Below are positions 1 to 12,978 of a stretch of 64,000 nt of DNA, one piece after another (position 1 is the stretch's first letter; every line of letters begins with the position of its first letter). The notes below the pieces were generated by a model that had not been told where the DNA came from, ran no database searches, and saw nothing but the letters and a program-made list of their open reading frames with translations. The DNA comes from Macrostomum lignano. Taxonomy: Eukaryota. Made by a program: the position numbers and the translations under genes. Location: positions 1-64,000 of the forward strand of contig NIVC01002577.1 of NCBI GenBank assembly GCA_002269645.1. Reading direction: 5' to 3'.

Positions 1-466
1 ATGTGTTCTTGATGTGTCCCTGCCATAGTGTCTTTGTGCAGCCCGTTCGACATCTTTGTTGAAGTATTAGATCAGCGTATCAACCAATCTCTACTATTGA
101 AGCGGGCGACTTCTTCCTCCCGTCAAATTCTTACGGGTCTCTGTCGTCATCTAAAAGCTTCATTAAGGCTCAAATAAATTGGAGCAAGTTATAGTTCTAT
201 AAAAGTACATACGTATCCACGTACGCTCTCCGAACTGCAATCCCAGCTAATTTGAAATTTCCTGCAGATTTTTTTTCTGCAAATTTTTCAGACATTTCCC
301 TCTCGGCATGTCGTACATCTCTGGGGAATTTTTCTTGATTAAAGTGAAAGTTTCTAAGTATAGCATTCATTAGCCATCTATTCAATCGCTTCTGATTTCT
401 GAGGCCTCTAACTTTCATCGATAACTCTAATCGAATAGTTCGTCAAAAAACTGGCTTCCAATCCAG

Positions 467-694
467 GTGACGACACTCATACGCAAGTCCATGGACCGTC
501 GCGGTTTTGGCAACAACCGTCTCAGCCGGCCGTCCATTGACAACCGGCCCACCGTGTACTCGAGCGTCCCGCCGAGAGACAGCATCCCCATGGGAACTCT
601 GCCATCGGCCAGAGCCGCTTCACTTTCCAGCGCCGCCAACCCGGATGTGACGGTCGTTTCAACCAGGCGAGCCGGCCGGACGAGCACCACTTGA
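467..694 (+). CDS. Possible terminal coding exon of an unidentified gene extending left of the window
   Basis: GC-rich block after an acceptor-like ccag|GTG. Open frame VTTLIRKSMDRRGFGNNRLSRPS...RTSTT-stop looks like a Ser/Arg-rich cytoplasmic tail. No family recognised. Confidence 0.3.
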   Translation: MTTLIRKSMDRRGFGNNRLSRPSIDNRPTVYSSVPPRDSIPMGTLPSARAASLSSAANPDVTVVSTRRAGRTSTT

Positions 695-1239
695 AGAGCT
701 GCTGGCTTCGCGCCGATTTCTCTGCACAATACCTGCTGATTTCGATTTTTGTTGCAGCTGCTCTATGCGTAACTAGAACTATGATGTCGAAAGGGAGTCT
801 GGATATCCTTTGATCGGAGCAAACAAGTGTCAGTTAGATGAACCAGTCTGCTTCCCCTAGCAGATACCCGCGCAGAGTCTCATATATTAAAATTGTCGCA
901 ATATATTATCATATTTAAGGCCATGCCCAGTTGAGCACAGCTGCAAACAGACTGTGGCACATTGCCTCGCTATTTCCGCCTGCAGTGTCTATAGTTAAAC
1001 TGCTTCACTAGTGCAGTGATAGCGCATATAGGATTGCAACGCTTCCCTCTCTTCTCGTTTGAAATTTTCATGTGCACCCTAACTGCACATTGCAGCTGAC
1101 GCCAATCCATCCATGAACTACTTATGTCTGTTTATTATCCCCTAAAACTGGGGTCGGCTAATTTTAACCTCAAGAGCCAGATTGAGAACCAGCGTATATG
1201 GCTGCGGGCTAGAGGAGGAGAGAAGAGGTTGAGAGAGAG

Positions 1240-1405
1240 GAGAAGAGAGGGGGGAGAGGGGGAGGAGAGGAGAGGAGAGGAGAGGAGAGGAGAGGAGAGG
1301 AGAGGAGAGGAGAGGAGAGGAGAGGAGAGGAGAGGAGAGGAGAGGAGAGGAGAGGAGAGGAGAGGAGAGGAGAGGAGAGGAGAGGGAGGGGAGGAGAGGG
1401 AGGAG
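1240..1405. repeat. (GAGAG)n microsatellite
   Basis: Direct reading. Confidence 0.95.
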
Positions 1406-2249
1406 ATGTAAAAAGAGAGAGGAGATTAGAGAGAAGCGAGCTGAGAGAAGACACAAAAACGGCAGGATTGCTATTGTGTGAAGTTTCAAAGGACCGTGGG
1501 CCGGATAGACAGGCTTCGCGGCCGGAGTTTTCTGACGCCTGCCCTAAACTGAAACTAATACACCGGTTCCTTGTCGATCGCGCAGCAGCACATTGGTTCG
1601 ATTCAGCGCCCTGTCCAGTCACTTCCTGGATCTCCATGTCACACACAATTTCGATTTATTTTATTGTTGTTGTGCTTGCTTACAGTCCCCGTTAGACACG
1701 GGCACCGAGTGTGCCCAGACACATAATTACTCTCGGATGTACATTGTTGTTCGTTGTGTTGTTTTTTTTAATTTTTGTGCAAAAGCACAGCGAGGTGGAG
1801 GCAGGCCTCGCACTGTTAAATACACGCGCGCGTCCGTACAATCAATCGCTGCACACGTTTTTCGTCGCTTTGATAGGCGTTTTTTTGGGTTAAATAGATT
1901 AGATTGTACGCCACACTACTTACAGCAGACGGGTGGAATAGTAATGTATATTTCAGCATGTCAGTTGTTGCTTATAGTTATTCTAAAATCCTTAAGCAAG
2001 TTTATAGCTTCAAAGTGCAGAATAAATTCTCTATTAACAGTAAGGAAACATTTAGTTTGAAATATTTACTGAATAAATACTCCTTGTAAGGCACTGCAAA
2101 CCAAAAAACAAAACAATGCAATAGACAAAGTTACCGAATGGAGAAGAAAAATAAAATAAACAAGCACATTTTATGAATATGAGCTATATGGCAATGGAAA
2201 CTTTTCATATCACTGCCAAACCGGCAAAGTTGCTGGTTTTCTACTTCTA

Positions 2250-5200
2250 CTAGCATGGACTGCAATCCATGCTACTTATAGTAGTCCACGCCAGATGGCT
2301 AAGAAATTTGCTTATCGTCAGTCCACGGGCGCCAGCCGAGTACTCGCAGCTCATCCGGCCTCCTCCGCCTTCCGATTCGCGAAGAATCTCGGCTTCAACG
2401 CGCAGGTGCCGACCGCGCAGCCGCCTGCCGCAGCTTTCCGCCGCCGCCGCCGCCGTGACCGCCGCTGCCGACTGCAGCTGCTGAAGCCGCTGCGGCTCCA
2501 CGCCAGGCCGCCAGCCGTCGCGCGGCAGCGGCACGCCCGGCTGGAAGATCCGACGGAAAAGGGCGAGCGCGACGTCCTGGTCTCGAGCCAGGAGCTCGGA
2601 CACCGTGGCGCCGACTACCGCTTCCAGCTTGTCAACGGGCACAACGATGAGCTCCGTAGCTGAGGCTGCGTACGCGGAGGTCGATCGCAGACCCTGTCGG
2701 AGCATCGCCTCGGTGCCAACCAACTCGCCGGGCTCGTGCGTGTCCAGCAGCTGACTTGGCCGGTTGGGCCCCGGGGTGGCCGAGCTGGTGACGCGACCGG
2801 AGTAGACGATGAAGAGGCTGGTGATCTGGTCCGAGCCCTGGCAGGAGAGGAAAAAGAGAAGGAAGAGCTCAGAATATGAGCTAAAGGGGGCAAGAATATT
2901 GGGTACTGTGGTCACTAATGCAGGTTCCTTGTTCAGTCGCATCAAGACACAGTGACTCATTTTATCTGATTGAAAAGAGAGAAAAGGAAGCTGTTGGAGT
3001 TCATAGCTCGTGCGTGTCTGATAAGGATACGACGAAAGAATGCACAAAAGAATGTCTGTTTAACCGTTCGCCCACCTCCAAGAAGATGCTCTGGTTCGGC
3101 TGCTTCTCATCGATGCACGACATTATGCTGGCTTGGCTGGCCCTCAGCCTCTGCAGCTCGCGGTCGGTGAACAGCCGTCCCACTTGCTGATGGCACATCA
3201 GGGCTTCAAGGCCGAAGGCGTAGACTCTGCCAGCAGCCGCTGGCAACGACTCGGCCGATGCTGCGGCGGTTAGCAGCTGCAGGTCGGCCTCCGCTGCGCT
3301 GGGGTACCTGGCCGCCAGGTAGGCTCGAAAAGCGTCCGGCCGGCGCAGGAAAATGTCGCGAAATTCGCAGCCAATTGCCGTCTCAAGGACGTGCTGATTG
3401 ACTAAGGCGAGCTCCGTGCCGTCCTGCTTCGCGCGAGCTTCGAAGCAGCACACGGCCGGCAGGTAGAGCTGCTCGGGGCACAGCAGACTGCCAGCCGGGC
3501 GAGTCTCTGTCCGTTCCTGAAAAATATAGAGAGATTTCCCGAGAGTTCCTGCGAGTTTCAATTGGGCTTCAATGATTTCAAACCTGCGAGATGCAGCCGC
3601 TTCCACCGCCGCAGCGCGCTGTGTGAGTCACCTCCGCCTCGCCGCTCTGCAAGAAGTAGATGATCCGCCTGCGCGAGGCCTCCTCTGTGACCATCAGGTC
3701 TCCGTCGGAGAATCGGCCGCCGCCACGGCCGCCCAGAATAACCGCCCGATGGCAAAGCCGCAGTGACCTCAGTTCGCTCGCAGTCAGAACATCATCGCCA
3801 AGGGGCTCCAGCATCTGTTGAATCTGGGCAGCCACCAAGCGCATCACCGCCAAGGCCTTGAAGGTGAGCTCGTCCCGGCCGGCTGGCAGACCGCCGCTTT
3901 GCTCGCTGCTCAGGAGCTCGTCCCTAGTCGGCGGAAACACCTCGTCCCGGAAGGCTCGATCCTCGTCTACCGCTGTCAGCTGGGCAGCGCCAACACACCG
4001 ACGGAACGTCTCCGTTCTTCGCTTCATCACCGAGATGAAACTGCGGCAGAGGCCCTCCTCCATGGCATCGACGTCCAGCGCAACCACCGTGCAGGCCGTG
4101 TTGGCGTAGGCGGAACGCTGGCAGTGGCAGGCGCTCTGAAGCAGCAGCGACTCCAGGCAGGCGCAGCCGCCGCGCCTGACGATTCCCAGCAGGGCGTGCG
4201 ACCCGTCCGGCCCCACCGGCGCCGTCTCGCGCAGCTCGCCTTCCAGTACAACGTACACATACTTCGCGTAGTCGATGCCCTCTGCGTAAAGGCAGTCATT
4301 TTTCTGTAGCGTCAAAATATGCGTCGCCATCTGCACCCGGTCGCCGAAGAGGCCGTCCAGTTCAGTTGGCCGCAGGAGGCCGCTGAGCTGCGGAACTCGG
4401 CACAGGCGCAGCACGGAGCGTCGGTGAATGGCTGGCAGGTTCAGCCTGCTCCGGGCTTGCTCGGCCTCGGCGGCAGCGGCGGCCTCGGCAATCTGCTCGG
4501 CATCGGCCGCGGCGGCCGCGGCTGCTGCAGCCTCCTCTTCGTCGCGGGTCAATTCAGAGCGGAGCTCTTCGGAGGCGCGCTCCAGCGCTTCGGAATCCTC
4601 AATCAGCTGGTTGAAGATCGATCGGGGCACAGGCCGACTTCAAGGCTGACTAGAGTTGAAAGCTCCTCGACTGTAGCGGTGTAGGGCGACGGCAGGCGGA
4701 GCAGCGCTGTCCGGCCGGCGCCGCGGCGCGCTGAGAAGCCGCGAGAGTCGGTCAGGCTGACTCCGCCCTGCAGGATGCAGAAGAGCCGGTCGGGCACCGA
4801 GCCTTCCTCTTGCAGCACGTAGCCGGCTTCGTAGTCGTAGGTCTGCAGTTTTTAATTTTTGCATCATCCTACTAGTAGTAGTTTACTACTATCAAGAAAA
4901 ATGTTGAACTTTTTAAACTCTTATAGATTAATTTACCATGCACTTCTTGAATCGTGAAAATTTACTTTGGATGCTTTTGCGGCCTGTAAATGACAACTTT
5001 AAAAACTTTCATGGAAAATTTTGAACACACTATTAACAATATATTGATACTGAGACTAACAATTCCTATTCGCACCTTTAACGGCTCGTCCCAGCTCTCA
5101 GCCAGGGCGTGCAGCTCTCTAGCGGGCAGCGGCCGCAGGTACTTGATGCTGCGAAGGCACTCGAGAAAGGCGCCCCGGCGGATCTCATTGGCCGCGGCCG

Positions 5201-5828
5201 TCAAACCGCCGAGGTCCTTCAAGCCGAGGGAGAACAGCAGCGAGTCCTCGGCGGCCACGCAGCTGAACTGGGAGGCCTGGCCGATGCACAGCGGGTCAAA
5301 GAACAGCTCGGCTCCGCACTCAAGCAGTCCGGTCTGGTACTGCAGGCCGCAGGGCGCCGGGTGACTGCGCAACGCCCTGAGCTGGCCTTTGTAGACCAGG
5401 TAGCACTGCTTGATGGGGTCCCGTTCGCGAATGAGCCTCTTGCCAGCTGGCAGGCGTAGCGGGCTGAACGCATCGATGAAGGCGTGGATGAGCTCGCTAG
5501 TGTAATACAGGGCCGGCCGGCGGAGCCAGGCGTCCAGCAGGAACAGCCGCTCCTCCGGCCTCTTGCGCTGCTTCGGCAGCTGCGCCAGCACCCGGTTGGG
5601 GTCCTGCACTACCGAGTGCGACAGGCTGACGCTCGTCACAACGCTCTGCACTTCCGGTACGCGAGGCCGGTAGCGCGGGCAGCCGCACTCGAGGCGCTGA
5701 CCGTTGCTGCCGCCGCTGGCGCTGCTGCTGAGACTCTCTTGCAGCACGCCGTCGTTCGCGTTCGTGTTGGCGTCAGGCGATGGCGGGCTGATCAGGACGA
5801 ATAGTTCGTTGACTTCGGTTGAGCTCAT
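2250..5828 (-). CDS. Multi cyclic-nucleotide-binding (cNMP/CAP-like) domain protein, five domains, ~998 aa
   Basis: Exons (minus) 5828-5076, 4842-4651, 4606-3584, 3516-3076, 2837-2250, all GT-AG and phase 0. Five CNB beta-roll signatures: LPAGKRLIRERDPIKQCYLVYKGQL; YEAGYVLQEEGSVPDRLFCILQGGV; LQKNDCLYAEGIDYAKYVYVVLEGEL; FSDGDLMVTEEASRRRIIYFLQSGEA; IFLEGSDQITSLFIVYSGRV...VGTEAML...RSTSAYA. The 44-nt intron and the start codon are inferred. Confidence 0.85.
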
Positions 5829-6044
5829 GATTATTCTGACAATGCGATTGTTGCCTTTTGACGTCTGTTTTACCCCAATTCGCTTTCCTGGCGAAAACTG
5901 CATTGAACTCGGTGCGTTCGAGCAAGGCTGAAAATGGAAATGCCATAGACAATGCGATCTCTGAGCTTCTTGTTGATGGTCTTGTTAAAAATTATCAGGG
6001 ACTTCTGTGATATAAACTTACCAGAGAATAGAAAAGACCGCAGA

Positions 6045-6570
6045 AGGGCAGCGGAGGATTGAAGGGGCGGAGGGTTGAAGGGGCAGAGGATTGAAAGGGT
6101 GGAGGGTTGAAGGGGCAGAGGATTGAAAGGGTGGAGGGTTGAAGGGGCAGAGGATTGAAAGGGTGGAGGGTTGAAGGGGCAGAGGATTGAAAGGGTGGAG
6201 GGTTGAAGGGGCAGAGGATTGAAGGGGCGGAGGGTTGAAGGGGCAGAGGATTGAAAGGGTGGAGGGTTGAAGGGGCAGAGGATTGAAAGGGTGGAGGGTT
6301 GAAGGGCGGAGAGTAGAAAACAGAGGATTGAAGGGGCGGAGAGTAGAAAACGGAGGATTGAAGGGGCGGAAAATAGAAAACGGAGGATTGAAGGGGCGGA
6401 GAATAGAAAACGGAGGATTGGAGGGGCGGAGAATAGAAAACGGAGGATTGGAGGGGCGGAGAATAGAAAACGGAGGATTGGAGGGGCGGAGAATAGAAAA
6501 CGGAGGATTGGAGGGGCGGAGAGTGGAAAACAGAGGGTTGAAGGGGCGGAGAATAGAAAACGGAGGATTT
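6045..6570. repeat. G-rich ~15/30-bp minisatellite (GAAGGGGCAGAGGATT variants)
   Basis: Direct reading; unit drifts along the array. Confidence 0.9.
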
Positions 6571-7175
6571 TAGGACCTAGGGGTAGGATCCTCTTTTCTA
6601 TTCTATGGTAAATCTATATCGTAGAAGTCCCTGAAATTATTGATTTGTTTCAGACTAACAACAAACTTTTGTAATTGGAATGAGTTATGATAAGGTTTTA
6701 ACTTGATGTTTGATCTGGCAATAATATCGGGAAAATTCCAACAATGGAGAATTTCAGATAAACAGCAGATTCTGTGGATGCATCAGACACGAAGGAGGAA
6801 AGTGAAGTTGATTGACAGCGCCCATCGCATCCCCGCTGCGTGGCTTCCCTAGTTCTTGACCAGCTATGGAAACTTCTGGAATCCCACGAGAATGGCGAGG
6901 TTTCAGCTTAGACGCGATGGGGAACAAATCATGCTGGGAAGGGAGAAATAAAATGAAGGGATTTCCATGTTCGGCCAGTGACTAGCTGTCAATGCCAATT
7001 ATAGTCAGCCGGCATATCCGGCACAGTTTTTGAGATTCTCCAGCTATATTCGCTAAACCTACTTGCAGTAGTTTAAATGGGGATTTTGTCTTTTTTGCAT
7101 TCGTCTTATATCAGAATTAGGAAGTTTAGAAATTTTACAAATGGATTTAGTCTATTTAGTGAAATCGTATCTTAT

Positions 7176-7242
7176 GGTTAGGGCTAGGGTTAGGGTTAGG
7201 GCTAGGGTTAGGGTTAGGGCTAGGGTTAGGGTTGGGGTTAGG
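7176..7242 (+). repeat. Interstitial telomere-like repeat (TTAGGG with CTAGGG variants)
   Basis: About 11 hexamers, with CTAGGG every third unit. Confidence 0.85.
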
Positions 7243-8586
7243 TGAAGTCTGATTAAAGTCTGGTGAAATGCGTCAACGTTGTTCAACTTAAAAACAAAAC
7301 TTGTACGAACTTTTCTGTGCCTGCGTCCCCACCTGGTTCGTGAATTATCAATTTTAGACACGAATTCAAAATTTGCCAGCTCTGGGCCTTGCTTGACTTG
7401 TCTCGGTTCAGTTATTTTAAAAACCTGACTCAGCTCAACAGAATTATGCAATCAGCCTGTCTGCCACTGACCCTCCTTTGCTGCTCCATGAATTGAGCTG
7501 AGAATGGCCCGCGGGGTCAGAGCTTGCGTCCGCCAGTGCGACTACAAGCTAGATTGGCAGGTGTCAATCAAAGCCTGTCAAATTCACCCCCCCCCCCTAG
7601 AGCCGGGCAGAGTGTTGACTTTCGCCGAGTGGGTCCGCCCCCCCCCCCGAAGGGGCAGACTTCTAGACACTATTCCATTGCTTATCCTATCCTTTTAACT
7701 GGCAAGACAGGGCTAGGAGGGCATGGACGTCTAAGAGTTCGATATCTGGACTGGAGTATCTGCGAGTCTGTGGCGCAAGAGTTTACCGCTGATCGTAAAG
7801 GTATCTTAGACGGATACCTATTTAGTAAGCGTTGGTTTTCCTATCCAGATCTCTAGTCCGAGAAGTCCCTGTCAGTGGATAGCCAACCAACCTCCTTTTC
7901 GCCTTTCTTAGGGTCTTGGCGAGAAGGGAACCGCAGAGAGAGAGAGAGAAAGAATGACAGAAAGAAAAACACGAGCCTGAAAGCCTGGAGGGGGCCGGGG
8001 CCCGACCCTGCCTAGGCAAACAGTTCGCCATATAGAGAAATAGTCTGGCCGCAATGCCCACTCGCTAGAATAGATCTAAACACAGGGCTCAGACAGTATA
8101 CACACAGGCCCAGTCCCAGACTGATTGATTGACTGGTGTGCCAGGGGCAGGTCCAAGTTATTCGCTCAATTCATAATTGGCCCAGTCTTGCTGGTTAACC
8201 AAGGGGCTCGGCAGACTTTGTCCATGTACAGATGGATATCTCTGTGAGAGCTTGTCAATACTGTCTAATGCTCTCGATGAGACCCGGGATTGGGAAGGAT
8301 TTTCTGCGGCCAGAGCCCCGGGCTATTTTGAACAAATTGTCATGCTTTTAGCCTGTCGAATTGCGACTGCTAAAATATGGAGATTTTTTCAGTAAACTGC
8401 CTACCCAGAGCTCAGAGAGACCGGCTGTGCCGGCTCCCATATCCCCCAGGAGGCAGTCGACTGGAAATGGGGAATGGGCGAGAGATGGGCGAGTGCTGCT
8501 CGAGTGGCTCTGAATACCGCAGCGATGCTCTGGATTCCCGCTGGCTTTTATCAATAGAGACGCATTATCGAACAGCCTATGCATGC

Positions 8587-9278
<692 letters not shown>

Positions 9279-10193
9279 GGCAAAAGGCAGCAGTGTATTA
9301 GCAGTTATCCGAAGTGTAGAGTGTATAGCAAAAGCAATGGCCATTTCGAGGCCATATTGGGCAAAGATATTCGCCCAGCAGAGTTCGGTGCGGCTTTATT
9401 GAATAGAGTCAAGAGCAATGGCAGCAGCATATTATCAAGAGCGAAAAGTTGGAGGGCCATGCGCTTTGCAACACACAGACGTGCTTTGTACACATGTACA
9501 GTGGCCCCGAAATATCTAGCAGCACTGCCAGTACAATAAAAGCAAGTACAGTTTCAGCTGCAGCGGTTGACTTATAGAGGCTGAACATTTTGCGGCTGTC
9601 CCGCTATTTTAGGTACAAAAAAGTCCCACACGGCATTGCAGTGCCGCTGTTAAGCATGCATTCACAAGTTACTTCAAAATGTTTGCGTTCAGGATAGATA
9701 GATATAGAGGCTGTCTTAAACAGTCTGTCATTCTGTATTTACAGCATACTAACAGTTCTGAATTAGGTAAGTGGATGAGGTAGACAAGCAGTTAACAATG
9801 GAACGGGCCCAAAATTGCCCATCAGTAGCCATAATGAGATCATGAAGTTCGGGGGGGGGGCAATTCGAATCACGGATGACGTTTTATGACGAGCTGTAGA
9901 CAGACAAGTTACAGTGAGCGTAAGCAAATTCAAGGGCAAAGAATGTTCCCATGGATACGAACCTACAGCTAAACACCTATAGCAACACTCGCTAGGCTTG
10001 TGCGCAAGGCAAGAACGGGAGCAGGTCTAGCAAAGCTTTAACTCGAGGGGAAATCTACCGAAAAAGCGTCGATAATCGGGGTTTGCAAAATCGTATCTAA
10101 GGGAAACACCGCGCGCTAAGATGCCGGTAGAATTCGAACTGAGGCGATGAGAGAGGCGGGATCTGGGATCTGGGGAGGCTGTGTCGGTGGTCC

Positions 10194-12753
10194 CTACGAG
10201 AACACGCGGCGCACGAGGCATCTGTGCAGCTCGATTTGCTGTTCGCATCGCTGGCAGACCACCTTGATTGGATTGTAGCGCATTGCGCAATTGCACCAGT
10301 CGGTCTTGTAGTGATACTCAACCCGGTGATTCCGGTTGCCGCAGCACAGGTGAGTGCACGACCTGTGATTGCTGCGCGGCACAGTCACGTTGCAGAGCCG
10401 CTCGTCAACTCCGTAGTAGCCGGCCAGCTCGTTGCGCTGGCAGAAGTCCGGCGGCTGGTTGGTGTACACCAGCAGCTTCTTGCGCACCCGTTTTACTCGA
10501 CGCTGCCGCTCGTCGTGGTAGAAAAGCTGCGACGCCATGCGACGCCGGCCGATCCGACGCTTGTCTGTCGAGGATGCTGCTCCGGTGGACGAAGTCGAGA
10601 CCGACGGCGACAGAAGCTGCTGAATGACAGCCGGCGGCAGGACGTGCTTGGATTTGACGAATAGCTTCTGCAGGTTGCTCTCGATGCGGCGCGAATGTCG
10701 GCGAAGGCCTTTGATGCAAATTCGCTTGGAGCAGGAGCCGGAGATGCCCAGACAGTTGCAGATGCTGATGCGACTGCGCTTAACCACCTGCAGATTGGTG
10801 CGTGTGCTTAGGTGCTCAGGTCCCTTTTCTGGCGTTTATTAAGCCTTCAAAGTTGTGCACTTTAGTGTGTTTGTTAGCTATAATCTACAATCTATAATCT
10901 GCTTGCGGCAACGCAAGCAGTCTTGAAAGTGCATAGATACATGTACGTACTTTTGGAACGTCAGGGGTGGGAAGTGGGTATCGTACCAAGCTTGCTTTCC
11001 CTTAGCCCTATTTCCCTTTCCCCTTAGTAATTGTTCTTCCGTTAGTTTTTGCCCCCCCCCCTTGTGCTGGCTGGCTGGTTGAGTAATCTTTGAACGAGCG
11101 CAACTCACAATGTGACCCGCCCGTCTGTTGTGAAAGTTGACTTTCTCGATAAAATTCATGTCCGGCGCGAATCCGCGCGAGTCGCTGAAGAACTGTCGAA
11201 CCCTCTGGCTGGCCAGCGCGATGTTGTCGTCACAGGTGGGCACATTCAGGTTACCGTACTTCTCGCTGATCTTCTCCGGGTTCAGCATCTTCAGCTGCTC
11301 TTTGCCCAGCGCGATGCTTCGACGCGGTCGCTCTCGACGATCGTTCGGTCGGCGGCGTCGATTCTGGCGCCGGTTTTTGCGCCGATTCTTGCGTCGATTC
11401 TGGCGCTGTTGGTCTTTGTTTCTTCGGCCGACTCGCTGACGGGGCGTCTGGTGGCACGGACAGTTGAGGCCGGGGACGCCGCGGCGACAGGCCATGACCA
11501 GCTCCTCGATGGCTTTGCTGACCGAGATGGCCCATACAAAGGCCGCCTGCGGATATCCTGAGGAGGAGTTGGAATAGCAATTATGCGCTCATTTTTCAAA
11601 ATTTTAGGCCTATGGTTGCTTGTATTTGCCAATGGTTTCCTGTGGTTTTCGATGGTTTCCTGTGGTTTTCAATGGCTTTCTGTGGTTTCCAATGGTTTCT
11701 TGTAGTTTTCAATGGCTTTCTGTGGTTTCCAATGGTTTCCTGTGGTTTTCAATGGCTTTCTGTGGTTTCCAATGGTTTCCTGTGGTTGCCAATGATTTTC
11801 TGTGGTTGCCAATGGTTTCCTGTGGCTTCCAATGGTTCCTTGTGGTTGCTAATTGACTATTGTTTACCATTGGCTTATGGTTCACACCAGCTCACCCGAG
11901 TTAAGAAACGGCGCAGCAAAAGTGCAATTCCAGCGCTCGTTGCGAAACATCGATTGACAGATTTTGTAGCCATTGGACAGGCCGATGTGCACAAACTGGT
12001 CTGATAGGCTGGCCTCGCGACAGTAGGCCGCCTGGCGACTGCCCGGCACCGACAGCTCGCCGCCGCTGCCGCCGCCGACAACACTGATACCACTTCCAAC
12101 ATCGCCGACATCGCCACTGACCCTGCCGACACCACCGACACCGCCGACACCACCGACACCGCCAACACCGCCGACACCGCCGACACCGCCGCCAACACCG
12201 CCAACACCGCCGACACCGCCGACACCGCCGACAATGCCGCACATGGCCTCCCGACTTGTCGTGAGAAAGTGGAGAAAAGTTTGCGCATTGAATCGGTCGC
12301 TGTCGGAGTCGCTACCGACGCCGTCGCTGCCGCTGCTTGCCGGGTCTCGCCTGCCGGAGCTTTTGTAGCTGAATATGCTTCTGCGAATTCCGGAGTTTGG
12401 GAAGATTTTGTCTGATTCTTAAGTAAGTTTAAGCTCTGTTCTACCCAATACCGTTAATCCCTATACTCAGATCTACTTCCAAAGCACTATAAAATTTACC
12501 CTACATTGTAAATATATATGTATTATGCCATTATCCCTACATTCTCAAACTCTTCCCAAATTCTATTTTAACTCTCCCTAAATTCTACTCACCCATCCGC
12601 ATACGGACAAGCCGCCACGATCCAGCAGAGCACCGCAACGCCAATCACGAAGTTGATTCGGCGGATTCGCCAGACATTCGAGTCTGTTGATCTCGTCGCC
12701 GATGCAGCCTCCGATCCGTCTGTATCGGCCGAGTCAGACTCCTGCGACTTCAT
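10194..12753 (-). CDS. wnt: Wnt family ligand (divergent), ~562 aa
   Basis: Exons 12753-12593 (hydrophobic signal segment INFVIGVAVLCWIVAAC), 12380-11896, 11557-11109, 10787-10194, phase-compatible. Wnt motifs: CQSMFRNERWNC, G.PQAAFVWAIS, ACRRG...CPC, CDDNI, NFHNRRAG, CNCLGISGSC (lipidation Ser), LVY...PDFC, CTHLCCG. Subfamily cannot be assigned by eye. Confidence 0.95.
11615..11860. repeat. Degenerate 10/20-bp minisatellite in Wnt intron 2
   Basis: tggtttccaatggtttcctg-type units. Confidence 0.85.
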
Positions 12754-12978
12754 CGCGGTTGTCCCTGTCTAGAGATTGCTAATTGGAATCTTCTGAATCG
12801 AAGAGATCTCACCCAGACCAGAGAGAAGTGACGGCTTGACTGGGCCAGTGGTTTATCTGTGGAAGACATTGAAAGCCGGTACTGAAGTGGACAGGGGGGG
12901 GCGAACTCTCAGCCAATCAGAGCTTTCCTATGCGGTAATTGGCCCGGCATTGACCACACTGTTCTTATCTATCTGAAT

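Noticed and set aside
427-729. Minus-strand 100-aa ORF
   Set aside because: No recognisable motif; likely the antisense shadow of the GC-rich + strand block.
3572-5931. Plus-strand ORFs overlapping the CNB gene
   Set aside because: Antisense shadows of GC-rich exons; the domain motifs are on the minus strand. The same applies to shadows over the Wnt, convertase, lectin, globin and MRM2 exons.
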